Shown piece after piece: positions 15,965 to 16,152 of a stretch of 16,152 nucleotides of DNA. This stretch comes from Candidatus Micrarchaeota archaeon (lineage in GTDB: Archaea; Micrarchaeota; Micrarchaeia; Norongarragalinales; UBA8480): positions 1 through 16,152 of the forward strand of contig JAZDHP010000047.1 of NCBI GenBank assembly GCA_043805855.1, given 5' to 3'. Every line of letters begins with the position of its first letter. Within the stretch, counting starts at the first letter, position 1. Below the pieces are notes generated by a model, which had not been told where the DNA came from, made no database searches, and saw nothing but the letters and a program-made list of their open reading frames with translations. The position numbers and the translations under genes were made by a program.

Positions 15965-16127
15965 GGGGCTATAGTATAACCTGGATAGAACATTAGCTTG
16001 CGGAATTTCGCAGTCTCATGACTACATGAATGCAGACAGCTAAGGATCGGGGTTCAAACAGCTTTTTCTTTTTTGAAAAAAGAAAAACTTGGGAAAAAGA
16101 AAAAGCTTGACAATCCCCGTAGCTCCG
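15965..16127 (+). tRNA. tRNA-Arg(GCG) with two introns (16004-16037 at 37/38, 16059-16113 at 59/60)
   Basis: Acceptor GGGGCTA/TAGCTCC with G73, D-loop GGATA (A20), anticodon stem TTAGC/GCTAA with GCG at 16000-16002, T-stem CGGGG/CCCCG, and T-loop TTCAAAT after intron removal. No encoded CCA. Confidence 0.9.
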
Positions 16128-16152
16128 TTAGCCATAACCGCTCCAGGCGTTT

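Noticed and set aside
15997..16003. Reading the tRNA as Ala(TGC)
   Set aside because: It requires a shifted, mismatched anticodon stem. BHB geometry, A20 and G73 fit Arg(GCG).

Overview
Archaeal chromosomal segment, most likely from a DPANN lineage such as Micrarchaeota or Diapherotrites (inferred from gene content, short orphan genes and tRNA introns). Housekeeping genes are LonB protease, CCA-adding enzyme, ProRS, Rad50, EF-1beta, FAD synthetase, a small Zn-finger and tRNA-Arg(GCG), interspersed with small orphan genes. The standout is a fractured lonB gene. The 5' part ends in an N-terminal intein half (stop at 597). A free-standing HTH-LAGLIDADG endonuclease gene follows (804-1925). A separately initiated ORF then carries a 40-aa C-terminal intein half plus the rest of Lon (2016-3380). 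Full-length Lon would need protein trans-splicing. The spacer before the endonuclease holds a ~54-nt antisense copy of the endonuclease's own translation-initiation region, able to hide its SD and AUG. Other points of interest: an AAA+ ATPase cassette flanked by a 36-bp duplication of the start of a GNAT gene, a family of tiny divergent paralogs, and a tRNA-Arg with two BHB introns and an Ala-type G3:U70 acceptor pair.
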